Assembly: GCA_047495785.1 (NCBI GenBank)
Contig: JBLDXI010000032.1
Location: 1,984,001-2,048,000 of the forward strand
Length of the DNA stretch: 64,000 bases
Reading direction: 5' to 3'
Source: Lepidodermella squamata
Lineage: Eukaryota > Animalia > Gastrotricha
In this document: piece by piece, positions 33,387-46,421 of the stretch
How positions within the stretch are numbered: position 1 is the stretch's first letter
Layout of the letters: each line of letters starts with the position of its first letter
The notes under the pieces: model-generated
What the model was told of the DNA's origin: nothing
Seen by the model: only the letters and a program-made list of their open reading frames with translations
Database searches by the model: none
Translations under genes and position numbers: made by a program

Positions 33387-34063
33387 ATTGAATGAAATTT
33401 ATCGATAAATCGAAGGCGGTCTATTTATTTGAATCGATATATACTTAGTCGCCAGCGTTAATCATTGATGAATTTATCCGCATTAAATAATTGATGGTAG
33501 GTATTCTGAGTTTGTCACTACAGCAGCAGAAAACGGCTAAAAGCAGCGCTCGATATAGCTATCAACTAAATAGTCACGCAAACATGTAGTTTTATACGAC
33601 ATCACCTGTTTCTTTTTGCGAGCTTTTGTTGTCCACTCACACAAACGGTTAGGTACGGTAAACCTTGAATATTTTTCCACTCACAGCATCTCGCATATAG
33701 TCGCAGTGTAGAGATAACATATATGCCATGTGTGCCAACTAACCATACACATACCAGCTGCTTTTTACTATATTACAACATTCACGAGCAGAGCACGAGT
33801 GAGCAAGAATTTTTCCAATATTATTATCGTATTGCGCAGACATTTTCTGTTGAAAAACGGAAAGCGCACTCATCATTTTTTGTTGATTTTTTTCTTTTTT
33901 TTGGCGTAGTTGTTCAATTAATTCTCTGCGTGTCATTGTTAGATGCACCTCATCGCACGTGTAGTTTTTATTGCTCTCATTTTTTAGGATTTTTTGTTAT
34001 TTTATTTAAAATTAAATTCATAAATTAACTCATGCGTTTTCACGGTTGATTCCAGTCGATTGA

Positions 34064-36243
34064 ATGGCGGCGTCAAAGACTAAATTTACAGGCGGAATTT
34101 TCACCGCAAAATCTGTCCGATCAGCGTTCGACGACGGTGATGAAGACATCCACTACGTCGCGGATGAATCGAAGCGAGCTTTGTTAGATGAAGCTCTGGA
34201 GAAGGACGAACGATGCGACTCGGGGCTGAGCCCTGGCAGCAATACCTCAATGGTCGATTCGGCTGAGGACCATCCGCCTACCGGCTACTTTCGAACATTT
34301 GTCAACTTTATCAAAGCGAATGTTGGAACGGGAATTCTGGCCATGCCCGATGCGATTAAAAATGCCGGATTAATTGTAAATTTTGCAATTTTTCATTAGA
34401 TGAATTGCGCTGAACTTTTCAGGGAAAATCATTTTAGGAGATAAATTATTTAAAATAATGCAATTAAAATGGTTTGAAATCTTCCGGACTAAATTTGATT
34501 CCGAATTTTCAGCTTCTAGAACTGAATTTTTCCAATTTTTGGCGATTTCGGAATTATTATTTTTTGATCGATAATGATCAACCCTACATGACCTTGGGAT
34601 TTTTTATATTTTTTATCTGAACTACCTGCTACCCTCAGGTGCGTATGAACTTTTTTGGGCTCCTATACCGAGTCCTATAATGCTGATATAGGAAAAATCA
34701 CTGGTTTGTAAAATCGATACTTAAAATCGATATCGGCTCTGATGAATTGACCAGCGATTTCCCGTGGGGACACGATATAAGAGAAATTTTTAAAGGATAA
34801 ATAAAAAATTTGAAAGTCATTTTCTGGCGAAGTTTTAATTGAACGATTATGCGAAATGACCTTTAAAATTGACCTCAAATTCAATTGAAACGCTCATAGC
34901 GCAAAATACGCATAATATTGAGATTATAGTCACTTAGGTATGATAAACACTTTTTTGAACTTCACTTGTGGAACCAAATTGAAATTGAAAATAATAATAA
35001 TAAACTTAATTTTTACAGTTTGGCAGTGTCTCATTAGTAGCGATCGGGCTTCTTTCAACCTACTGCTGCCACCAATTGCTACGAGCTTATCGACAAGTTT
35101 CAACCGACCAACCCATGTCCTACGCTCAGGTAATAGACCTGGTATTTCGGCGAACTTCAAGCCCTCGCCTCCGTAAACTCGCGAAACCAGCCCGAATTCT
35201 CGTCGATGTCGTGCTAGTCGTTACCCAGATCGGCTATTGCAGCGTTTACATTTTATTCTGCTCACGGCTAATCAAAGAGGTCGCCGATAGCTTCACGCCT
35301 GAAGCCGACCAGCAGAAAAGCATTTTATTCTTCGAGACATTAGTCACGTGTTTCCTCATCCCTTACTGCTTCATTACAACACTGAAAGTTCTTTCGATTT
35401 TCACGACCCTAGCGAATGCGCTGACAATCGGCTGTCTAGTCGTCGTTATGCAATACGTCTTCCGAAATTTGAAACCATTCGCAGAGGTCAATTTATTCCC
35501 GACCAGCTTCGAAACAGTCCCGCTATTTTTCGGAACAGCAATCTACACTTTCGAATCAATCGCCCTGATTTTACCCATCGAAAATCGCATGGAAGATCGG
35601 AAAAGGTTCCATGGCTGGAATGGATTGCTATCTATATCGATGGTCTTCATCATTTCGCTGTACGTTGTTGTCGGTTTTTTCGGCTTTCTGGCCTTCGGAA
35701 AGGATGCTCAGATGATTTTGTCGAACATGCCGCGTGGGGTCTGGCTGTATCAGTTAGTCAAACTACTCTACGTTCTATGCGTGGCAATTTCTTACAATCT
35801 CCAACTATACGTTCCGGTTCAAATTATGATGCCGTCTTTGAAGAGGAAAATCAACCGAAATTGGTTCACAAAATACGGTGAATACTTACTTAGGACTGGT
35901 CTCGTTCTTTTAACCTGTAAGTTTTTCGAAAAAAATTAAATATTCCAACCTTAATTTTCTGATTATTTCAGATGGCTTGGCTTTGAATATTCCATGTCTT
36001 GAGCATATGATTTCATTATTCGGAGCATTTGCTTCTTCGTGGCTCGCTCTGATTCTTCCGCCTGTGGTCGAAGTCGTTTCTTGCTATCATCCTGGTCAGC
36101 AAAAACGGCTAAATTGTTGGTTGTATTTGAAAAATTCGGCGATTATTTTGTTCGGACTGCTTGGATGCGTCATCGGAACAATCATGTCCCTCAAGTCAAT
36201 TTCTGATGCTCTACAACAACCCGGCGGTTGCTCGAGGTCTTGA
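34064..36243 (+). CDS. SLC36 proton-coupled amino acid transporter (PAT family)
   Basis: NFIKANVGTGILAMPDAIKNAGL; TQIGYCSVYILF; PLFFGTAIYTFESIALILPIENRM; SYNLQLYVPVQI; ISLFGAFASSWLALILPP. Three exons. Confidence 0.93.
34580..34760. repeat. Dispersed intronic repeat family (related copies at ~48130-48285 and, reversed, ~44235-44300)
   Basis: Shared core GGAAAAATCACTGGTTTGTAAAATCGATACTTAAAATCGAT versus GGAAAAATAACTGATTTGTAGAATCGATACTTGGAATCGAT. Confidence 0.6.
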
Positions 36244-36899
36244 TCATGGGATGAAGACGTGGATCTTATTAATTATTACCTGTGTGCATGATATTGTAAC
36301 AATAATTACTGTAAAAAAAATTGTGGAATTTTTGGGGAGGTTTCTTTGTGCATTATTACCACCTCTATTATTATTCAAAACAGTTGACCTGTGATCTTTT
36401 GCGCTAAACATCAGTTATATAATGAAACAAGAAAATAAAATGGAAATATTTCATTCTTCATTCTGGTGGACTCAGTCAAATAGCTTCATATGATCTAAGA
36501 AAGATGAAAACGAATCCGTTTCTGTAGAAAATCGAGGCGTAAGTTCTCAAGATACCAAGCTAGTTTCAAACAGAGAAGAGGACGCAAAGCTATATACTGA
36601 ATTTTCCCCAAGTTTCCCAATATTATAGTTTGCGCGCTTGCGAAATTAGACACTGAAAATCGACAGAATGCCAATGGTAACAGATAGGAATTTGAGCCTC
36701 GTGTCCGTTTAGGTACTTGTTTTTTTCAAAAATTGGGAATTTTTTACACTTAATAAAAAGTTTAAAATTTTCGTGTATTTCAAATTCAATAAAACCTGCC
36801 CCGAAAAATTCAAACTCGTAAATTTCAAACCTTTTATCATTTATTTTTGAATGAAGTTGAAATAAACTTTATAGCAGATTAAAATTTAAAAAAATCGTT

Positions 36900-38908
36900 T
36901 TAAGAGTTCTTTTTTGCTGTATATTTCGCTGCTTCGTCTGCGATTTCTCTCAGGTGTTTCAACAATTTGACATTTCCCTCGAAGAATCCAAGCTTTTTAT
37001 ACTCAAGATTGTGTTTTCTACAAAAATCAACCACGTAATCGGTTGCTTTCCGCAGGTTATGGCGAGGCAGGCGTGGGAAAAAGTGATGCGCAACTTGAAA
37101 TTGCAGCCCACCGTGGACAAAGTCGATGATTTCTGGGCAGTAGAAATCCATGGTTGTCCGAACTTGATAGGCGGCGAATTCTTCATCCACCGCCATAGAA
37201 TCAGTCGACAAGTGATTATGCGAAACATACAGCTGAAGTAGTAGAACTATCAGCGCCAAATTCGGCATGAAAAAGTAGAAAACTCGCAGCGAATTATCAG
37301 GTATCAAGTAATAAATCATTGCGAAAAAATAAGCCCAATATATCATAATTGCAGCCAATTCGGTTCGCCACAGCTTCGGTTTTCGTTGCAAGTAGACGAA
37401 ACTGTCCTTGTACATGACAAAACGAGCGAGGGCCATGAGCGGAAGGTAGACCCAATGCTGGATTTGAACCATTTGCTGCGCGAAAGCATCGAAATGTAGA
37501 ATTCGTTGGTGATAGGTCGAGTAGATCGAATCGAAAAATCGCGTCGCGATAGCAACAAACGGCAACATCTTGAAATTAAATTAAAAAATCTGAATTATTC
37601 ACATTTTTATATAAAAAAATAAAATATTAATAAAAATAATAAGAAATATAATCATATCTACAGCGTGTCCCAAAAGTGGCGCATTTATTTTTCAATTTGG
37701 TAACATTTTGTAGGAAATTCAACTAATTATATTAAATTAATCCTACCGATAGCATATTCCATCTTTTATCCGCGATTTACCAGAAGAAATAAAAAATTTA
37801 CCGGAGAAATCCCGAAAACCCCGATGTTAACTGGCTCGGTAATTCTCGGTATTTTACCTGGTTGGAGCAATTTTCTCGCGACCTTTTTAATCCCATTAAC
37901 AAGGGATATGCTTGATATCTATTCTCGTGAATTTTTTGAATTTTTCTGAGAATTTGCTGGCCATGAGATGTGACTTCGTGTCTCATTTCGAGTTTTTGAA
38001 CCCTTTTCCGTGTATTTTCCTCGCTTGAGTTACTTATGGGACACGCTGTAGTATAAAATAATAAAATTATGATTTTTTTTAAATTTAATATTCAATTTTA
38101 GAAATTATATAAATATAGATAACTGCAATTAATTAAGGTTGTAATATTTTTTATATAAAACATAAATAAATTACCTCTGCGAATTCAAATTCGCATACCA
38201 TACCTGAATATGGGGATCATGTTCTGGATCATTCGGTACTAAATGATGAACAAAATGCGACGTTTTCCACCACCCTATCGATAAGCCGGTACAGGCATTA
38301 GACACGAAAATCCCAACATAGCTATCAGTCAGCCGTTTTTGCGTTATCGCGTTATGCCCAGTGTCATGCATTAAAACGGCACATTGTTGCCAGAATGAGG
38401 CCAGAAATAGCCCAGAAATAGCGCAACCCAATAGCGTGTGGCCGAAATTCCATAGAATAAAAAAGGCGATGGCAAATAGGGCGAAAATTGACGGGTAAGC
38501 TTTGGCGTAGTACCATTTACTTGTCTCGAAAAGGCCAAGTTTCGACAGTTCCCCGTGTAAATCGCGAAAAGCTAGCGATAACGGTCGATTAACAAATCTC
38601 GCCGTTTTTGGGTCATCAAGGTCAACGTTTGCAACATGAAAGCAATTAAGGTATTTGTGCAGTACTTCAGCCGAGTGATTCGTCAGCATTTGATCGGTCG
38701 CATCTCGGCCTAGCATGTGCTGGATGACAAGTTCGCCGCCTGGGTGTGACGCAGCCCATCGTGTGACGTCGAGAATTTGCGAATCGTAGATAAGCATCCA
38801 GCGACCTGAGGCGACTTGCCGGTGAACTTCGTCGATGGTGAGCTTGGGTTTTGATAGGCCATCGTCTGCTATTGGGCTGACAGCTCCGTCGGTAATATTC
38901 GCAGGCAT
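36900..38908 (-). CDS. Cytochrome b5-fused front-end desaturase, sphingolipid delta-8 (SLD)-like
   Basis: HPGG b5 motif; His boxes HDTGH, HFVHH and QVAHHFFP; WWKTSH…NDPEHDPHIQ|MLPF; RTTMD…HGGLQFQ…PRLPRHNLR. One intron, 38203-37569. Confidence 0.92.
37661..38048. mobile_element. MITE family A, copy 2, in the desaturase intron
   Basis: TA-CAGCGTGTCCCA…TGGGACACGCTG-TA; interior homologous to 20106-20477. Confidence 0.9.
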
Positions 38909-40918
38909 AACTAGTATACCGCAACCCGGTATATAATTAAGAAGATCTACGGCCACATGAAAATTGATTCATGACTTTAGATTTTTTCAGCATAATTCTA
39001 CATAATTTTTCCAATATTATTTTTCAAAAATCATCAACATGGTAACTGGTTACTTCAGACGGGTTACCTAAAATTACCGACTTGGTAGAATTTTTTCAAA
39101 TTATAAATTTTAGATTTTAGCCATGCTGGTTGTCTGGTGAAGGTCAATAATAGCCATTAACGCATTGATAGTAAGTTTTGCTGGCTCCTCATTTTCAAAA
39201 TATTCTGAAGGGTAACTACAACCCCAGGGTGTCTAAAAGGCACGTATCCAACCGTGGGAAATAATCGCATACATTTGAAGACCATGGATATAAATCAGTG
39301 TCTCATAGGCTTGGCGAAGAGCCGTGACCTGGTTTGTGGGACTGTCACCAAAATGAACCAAAGTGACATCGAGTATCATATGGGACCAAACTAAATTATG
39401 CATTTCTAGATAATTCTCATCTCGCTAATAACCTTTTTCTTTGAGAGCGGCTTCCAAGCCATCACCATTTTAGTGGTAATTGCTCAGGGGTGACATTAGG
39501 TAATAGGTCACGTGACCAACTTGACACTGGATTTTCTCTGTACCGGTAAATGATAACATTATGGGGTTTTCAAATTTCTTAATCCCCGATTTTTTCTTTA
39601 TTGAAATTTCGCGTATTAATGAGGAAAGAAAAATTAAAAAAATCTCAAAAACATTCTGGTACATTGTTCGAATTGCCAGGCTTGCCAGGTTTTAAAAATC
39701 TCAAATATTTCGTATCAAGCCGATGAAAACGAAGATTTGCACCGAAGATCTGAACTTCATGCAATAAGTGGATAAAAGGCTTGGCGGTTTCAATAGGTAC
39801 GTTTGTCCAGTGTCCACAAATGGGACCATGAGGTCCCACTACTGTGCTAATATCCTCAGATGAGGACGCCTACCTAACCGCATTGCATAGTTATTTTTTA
39901 CTCAATTTTTTGCAAACAAAGCCATTCATTATCAGGCAAGTGGAAAAATGCAACGGCACGCATTAAGGCTTATGCAGTCAAAATCTGCGTCTTTCAGCCA
40001 GATTTTTTGCAAGATCGTGGTTTCTCGAACCTACGGCTAAAACTCTTGCAAAAGAAGTTTACATGGCGTGAGTAAACAGAGAAACCATTAATGGACCCTT
40101 CTGAGAAGCGAAGGAAAACCATAAAAGTTCTCGGCTTTCTTGTTTGGGACATGCTAAGAACAAGACCGAATAATTGGGTCAAGGCTCAAGAACATTCGCA
40201 AACGGTAAATAAGATACTCCTAAGAAAGATTGGGACACAATGCCATAGAACAGTATGTGGCATAGAAGGAGGCTTTTTTAGCTTCATAAGGATCATAATA
40301 AATTATTGACTTTCGAAGTATTTATATATTTAAAAGATTATTTTCTGAAATTGGTCCCAATTTAATGTATGAAGTGAACCCCCTCACGAAAAAGTTGCTA
40401 TAAGGCTATGGTGACGCCTAATTATTGTCACCTAGTGTGACATGCAGCAAGCTAATTAGGCGATTGGCATTGTTCAATGCATAAATTATAAAGGTATGCT
40501 ATTATTTGCGCATTATTCATAAGAATCATTACCATAAATCGCGTCAAGAAAAGCTCGGCAAATGAGATTTCGTTATCGCTCTGGACTGGTCACCAGCCTG
40601 CAATAATTTTAGTACAACGGCAGTATTCGAAATTTCCGCGTAAAAATAGCGCCCGCTCGATAAGGCGAAAAAACCGTGCCCTTGCACCCCCTCTTCTCAA
40701 ATAATCTTATCAGCAATAGAAAGCGTGGCAGCTGGAAGAATTTTCTAGAAAATAATTCTGTTAGATGTTCCGCAAATTTATTTGATTTCTCAATACAAAA
40801 TTTGAGGCAGAGATTCGAATAACAAAACTTGGAAACAATCACGTGTGATATAAAATGCCAGCAGATGTGATTGTCAATTTATAAAATTTGAGCATAGTTT
40901 AAGGCAGCATTCCTATAG

Positions 40919-41568
40919 TCAGAAGTAATCGGCACAGTTGCAGTTGGACGGGAACAAGCAGTTACAGGTGTTGATGGGTGAAACGCAGCCGAGTTTACAC
41001 GACTGGTGGTTGTAGCAGAGACGGGCGCAGGGCGAGCCGCCGAGTTGGTTGCCAACAATCGCACCCCCAGCACCGCCGAGGCCATTGAGCAGGCCGTTGG
41101 TTCCCAGAGCAGCGCCGATGCCGTTGAGGCCGCCCATACCGCCCAAACCACCCATCATACCGTAACCGCCGAGACCGCCAAGACCACCGAATCCGCCAAT
41201 GCCGCCCATGCCGCCGAGGCCACCGAAGCTGTTGCCAATCATTCCCAAGCCATTGCCAGGTTGAGCGCCGATCAAAGAGCTCTGCATCAATCCAATGCCA
41301 TTAGCTGCTCCTAGGGTGTTGCCGAGAGCTGCCTGGGCGAGTAGCGGGTTGATTTGACGGCGCTCTGAAATTTCAGGAAAATTATTAAAATTTCAAAATA
41401 AATTCAAAACTTACTCCTCATCAAAAACTTTTGCTCAATAAATTTTTCATCGGTTTTTTCGCGGCTATCATCACGAATTTCGCCGTTCGATGGTAACCGG
41501 GCTGAGTCGCTGAGTCCAAGCAGAACAACAGCGGTGAGTAAAAGCGTCAACAAGTTATTCGATGCCAT
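40919..41568 (-). CDS. Secreted prepro-protein: Gly-rich (GGL/GGM/GGF) region plus C-terminal 8-Cys domain
   Basis: Exon 1 41568-41415 (signal MASNNLLTLLLTAVVLLGLSDS plus acidic pro-piece); intron 41414-41365; junction reads MRKRR-QINP. Ends CARLCYNHQSCKLGCVSPINTCNCLFPSNCNCADYF*. Confidence 0.85.
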
Positions 41569-42410
41569 TTTTAGTACTAAAGGTTATGTAGTTAAATGTG
41601 TTTTGTAAATTGTGTGAAATTAAAATGTGAGCTGAAACTGAAATTTTCTTCCCCTCAGCTCATGTATAGGCACGTGCTGCCCAGTCTTGAATCGCGTGCT
41701 TCTATGTTAATTAGCTGGCAGATTGCTTGTTGTTTACTTCGAATTTCCCGCTTTTTCCTTTCCAGGTTCAAGACAGAATTTTTTTAATTAAATTTTATTG
41801 TCATCAGTAATTAAAAGAATAATAATATCTCAATCATTTTTATAATGATATTAAATATTATTTTATGCAAGGCACATTCATCATTTTCCACCACCATCAG
41901 AATAATCAAAATATAATCAACTTTGTGCTTCGATATTGGAAAAGAAAATAAAAAAATTCGCTTTCACATATTTCAAAAATTTGCCAAATTTGGCAAAGTT
42001 CAATATGCAAGCAAATTACTATAATAACAACTTGGTATAGAATATCACAATAAAGGTACAGTATATAATATCATTAATATCACAGCAGGATATTATGTTA
42101 AATGAGGGTGCGTATACACGTTTGATTCGCCGCTCTCCGAAAAAGTTGAGTTATAATTCAATTTTATTAATTATTTTTTATTTCAGCTATAAAAAGTGCG
42201 TATTGTTTGTTCGACACGAAGTGAGCTATATGGAATAATTGCAATATTTAAAGACACTATATCAAGTTATTATATTATTAGAAAAAGTAGAAACTAAAAA
42301 ATTTGAAATTTTTGTGATGAGAAAATTGCTCTCTCGCCACGCATTTTGCAGCTACAAGTTTGATTTTGCCGTCATTTTTTTGATAAGGCATTGTCATATA
42401 ATAACAGTCT

Positions 42411-45400
42411 TTAGCAACGATGAGCCATATAAAAAGCAACCACGCTGGTAAGGACGATAGCCAGGGTAGAGCTGTGCGCTGGCCCTGTCGCGCTGTTTCG
42501 GCACCACGCCGACCACGTCTGCCACAGTTGCTGCGTTGGGGGCGCGTAGATAATAGGCACGGGCGGCGGCGGGATCCAGGCTGTCCACGTGACCGGGGGC
42601 GCAACCGGCTGCGGGACTGGTATAGGCCGAGGTTGCGTTGGTACGACGATGGGTTGAGCGGCGATCGGGGCGACCCAGGCTGTCCAGACAACAGGCGGCT
42701 GCCAGGCGGTCCAAACCACCGGCGGCAGGTACGTTGACCAGACAACGGGCGGCAGGTAGGTCGACCAGACAACCGGTGGAAGGACGGTGGTCCAGACGGG
42801 TGGTGGCTGCCAGGCGGTCCAGACCGGTGGTGGTTGCCAGGCAGTCCAAACCGGCGGGGGTTGCCAGGCCTGCCAGACAGGTGGTGGCTGCCACGCCTGC
42901 CAGACAACAACCGGCTGGATGGTTGTCCAAACAACTGGCGGCTGCCACGTGGTCCAGACAACAGGTGGTTGCCAGGCCGTCCAAACAACAGGGGGCTGCC
43001 ATGCGACCCAGGTGGGAGGGGGTTGCCAGGCCACCCATTGAACGGGAGGTTGCCAGTTGGTCCAGGCGACCTGAGGCTGCCAAGCGGTCCACATAACTGG
43101 AGGTTGCCAGGCGGTCCACATGACGGGTGGGTTCCAGGGTGTCCACATCGTGCGAACTGGAGCCGGTTCGACCCAGCCGTTCCAGACAGGTGAGGGTGGC
43201 ATGATTTGGCGAACTTGAAGCCCGCCATCGCATGGCTGGCCAGCGGCTGGCGGCGGTTGTTGGAACGTACGGCAGATACCGCGAGCTTCATCGTCAGGCG
43301 CGAAATCAGCCGGGCATCGCATGCAGAACGTACCCTGTTGGCAAACCATAGCAACGCCGTAGCGGTTGAAATCGGTAAATCGGGTCGTAAAAGCGATCGG
43401 GTCGATATGGCATTCCGAGCCCTTCGGAACGATGGTGAAGTTGCGAAGGCAGTACTTCGTGACACTCTGCGTCATTTCGTAAGACCCAGCGTCGTATTTG
43501 AGCGATGCAATGTCGACAGGTTGGAACCCGGCGCCACATGTGCAGACACCCTGGTAGCAAACCGCCGCGTTACCGACAGTTGCCGGGTAGTAAGAACCGC
43601 TTTGGCATTGTTGCGTCGCGTTGCAAGCGTCGCCGAAATTGCGAGCTCGGCACCTGTTACCGTCCCAGAACGTGAAGCTCGACATGCCAGTGATGAGACC
43701 GCCCAGGCTGACGCCGACGCCTGACCCGGCGCAGTCGCAGCGCCGATTGCGGCAGACCAGGCCGCGGTTGCTGTCGCACCTCGCGATCGGGATTCGATTA
43801 TCAGCATCGTCGCATTGGTCCATGTAGTTGAGCGTTGTGTATAGGATGCCGGCGAGGTCGTCGTTGTGGCGGCACGTGCCGTCGAAGTCTTCAATGAGAG
43901 GCAGTTTACACTTGAGCACGCCCCATGCGTAGCCGGCGTAGCCACCCTGACCGACGCCCTGCTCGACGCACTCTTGCGTCTCGTCCCATTCTTCGTTGTT
44001 GATGTACCACGGATGCAGGCCGTTGTTGTCGGTTATGCATCGATCGCCAAGTTGAAGCTTTCGATCTAGAAAAAAATCATTCACAAATTATAATAAATAT
44101 CATAAAAATTTGAAAATTAGGGTTCCAGCTCAAATTTTATGAGGTTCCAGCACCACTTAATTTTTCGACTATCACGCCTATCTAACAGGTCCTACTATTA
44201 CGAGTATTTGGGATATTTCCGATTAATTTATGAGATTTATTTCCGCCAGCAGGATCGATATCGATTTTACGTATCGATTTTACAAATAAGTGATTTTTCC
44301 GATTCGCAGTCTTTGTGGCCAGTATTTAAATTATTTTGCATATCGGAATGTGACTGGTACCAAAATGAACAATTCGTGAGTTTTCTTACCAATATCGATC
44401 AAAAAAGGAAGAAATCGAAATTCCAATAAAATCGGCAGAACTTTGAGACGGAACCTTAATTTGATTAATTTTTGTATTATTTAGTTTTAAATTTTTATTT
44501 TTATTCAAATTTTGAATTTTCAAGTTAAAAAAAAAGTAAATTGCTGGCTCTCAGTTTTTATGAACTTATTCATCCCAAATTAACGTTCCTTTTAAATTCC
44601 TGATAGTTGATCTTATCATTTGCTGTCCTCATTTCGAGTCATGTACCGAATTTAATGCCTTGTAAACACTTTCTCTGCCCATTTCAGTATATTACGGGTA
44701 AAAAAGTATGCTAACTATCGTACCGGATGCTACTTGCTAGGTCTAGTGTGCCCTCGTAACACCGTATTGAATTAATTAGCGAAAAGCGTCCTTAGCAACC
44801 GAGAGGTTTTTACGCGGTTGCTAAGGACTCTTGACAATGTGGGACCGTCAATCAAGTGGCTGTGAACTTACAAGGTGCACATCGACTGAACCGGTCCATG
44901 TAGAGTCCAGCACCAGCACAACCGCACATGCCGTTGTCGCAGGGTGGATCAACGACGCCCTGCCAGCGGTTGCATGTCATACCGATACCAATCGCACTGG
45001 GCTGGCAATCTCCGTCTCCATTACACGCCAACTCGCGGCAGGTACCAATCGACGCAACTGCGTTGTTAGCCGTATTCCGCTCGCGGAAGCATTGATGGCA
45101 GAAAGCGCGTCGGTGGCACACCCGGGTTGTGTTGTACTGCGCCCATTGGTCGGGGAACATGGTGCAGGTCTGGCCGGTTGGCACCCAGTGAACGGCGCCC
45201 TGGACGACACAGATGCGGCGCGAGTAGGTCGTTTTCGATGTCTCGTTCCAGTACAAGTTATCGACCGGGTCGTAGCCGGCAACGCAGCGGCATCGGCCCA
45301 ACCGGCATTCGAAACCAGTGTTCGAGATAAGCCCAGAGTTGCACTCTTCAGTCTCGGTACAAGTGTCGCCATAAATTCCTGAGAAATTGAAAAATTTAGA

Positions 45401-46421
45401 TTTCAAGCTTCAAATTTAAATTTTAAATTATATTTTTAGAGGTTATTAATTAATTTTGAAAATTTCAAAAATATTTCAAAATTAAATGAACTAATTTTTA
45501 AAATTTTGAAATTTTGAAAAAATTCGAAAAATGGAAGAAAAAATTCTGATTATTCAATGTTCTAGATTAGGCCTGATTTATAGGGAAACTAACTTGGTCT
45601 GCAATAGCCGAGTCCTTCATCGAAGACGTTCTTCTTATCGCAGCACAAGCATTGGTTGTAGCCGTTGTTAGGCCCGCGTTGTTGGCAACACAGCCCACGC
45701 GCCGCATCGCAAATCCGCCGACTAGAATCGCAAGTGTCCCGATAGTTGACGACAGTAACAGCCGGTGCGGTGATCAGTGGGATGGTCTGCACGGGTTGAA
45801 CCCAAATTGTCCTCGGTTGCGTGTAGAACAACGTCGGCCACGTCGGGTAAGTTTGCACAGGCATTTGACAGTAGTTATTTTGCAACTGGTTTGAAAAATT
45901 TGTTAAAAGTGGGAAATCGGGAAAATAAAATAAAATTACAATGTAAGGAAGCTGGCAAACGATTCGCTGGCCATCACAGCGGAACATAACCGGGTCGTAG
46001 CGTTCGTTAGGCTGGTTGAAGCACCGGTCGCCCAAGTTCAGGTTGACATCTATCGCAGCGTCGAATTCACTCAACCGTGAAATTTACGGATTTTTTCAAC
46101 TTACAAGGTACGCATGAACCGTTGCTGACCATAACCGTGCCTTCGATGCACTCGCAGAAGCCGTAGTGCGGGCAGGGTGGCCAGATGGCTGGGTAATTTG
46201 GCGGGAAGTCGTACATGTTACACCGCGTATTGATGCCGTTGCAATCAGCGTTGCGGAAACACTCGCGGTTGCCGAAGCCCGTCGGCCGGTTCACCATCAC
46301 CTGAGCCGACGTGCCTACAACGGCGACTGCTAATATCACAGTCGCTAGCTATAAATTGAGGAGAAAAAAAATGAAATTTCAGATACAATTTAAAAATTAA
46401 AAGACCCACCTTAATAATCAT
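42411..46421 (-). CDS. Secreted or GPI-type Cys-rich (EB/EGF-like modules) protein with WTAWQPPVV nonapeptide repeats
   Basis: Micro-exon MIIK (46421-46410) then signal LATVILAVAVVGTSA. Several exons with LGDRC/YGDTC/FGDAC…C.C Cys modules. Last exon has ~19 Trp/Pro/Val repeats and a hydrophobic C-terminus (STLAIVLTSVVAFYM). Confidence 0.82.
42570..43175 (-). repeat. 27-nt coding tandem repeat (W-T-A-W-Q-P-P-V/P-V)
   Basis: Periodic TGCCAGGC…CCA units on the plus strand; third codon positions vary while the peptide is conserved. Confidence 0.9.

Noticed and set aside
39000-40400. Possible decayed coding or transposon sequence upstream of the desaturase
   Set aside because: Composition looks coding-like in places, but I found no motif or sustained frame to support a call.
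42278-43465. Long overlapping ORFs (395 aa, 279 aa and plus-strand ORFs) across the Trp-repeat exon
   Set aside because: Alternative-frame shadows of a GC-rich repeat. Only the WTAWQPP frame keeps the peptide conserved and links to the upstream Cys modules.
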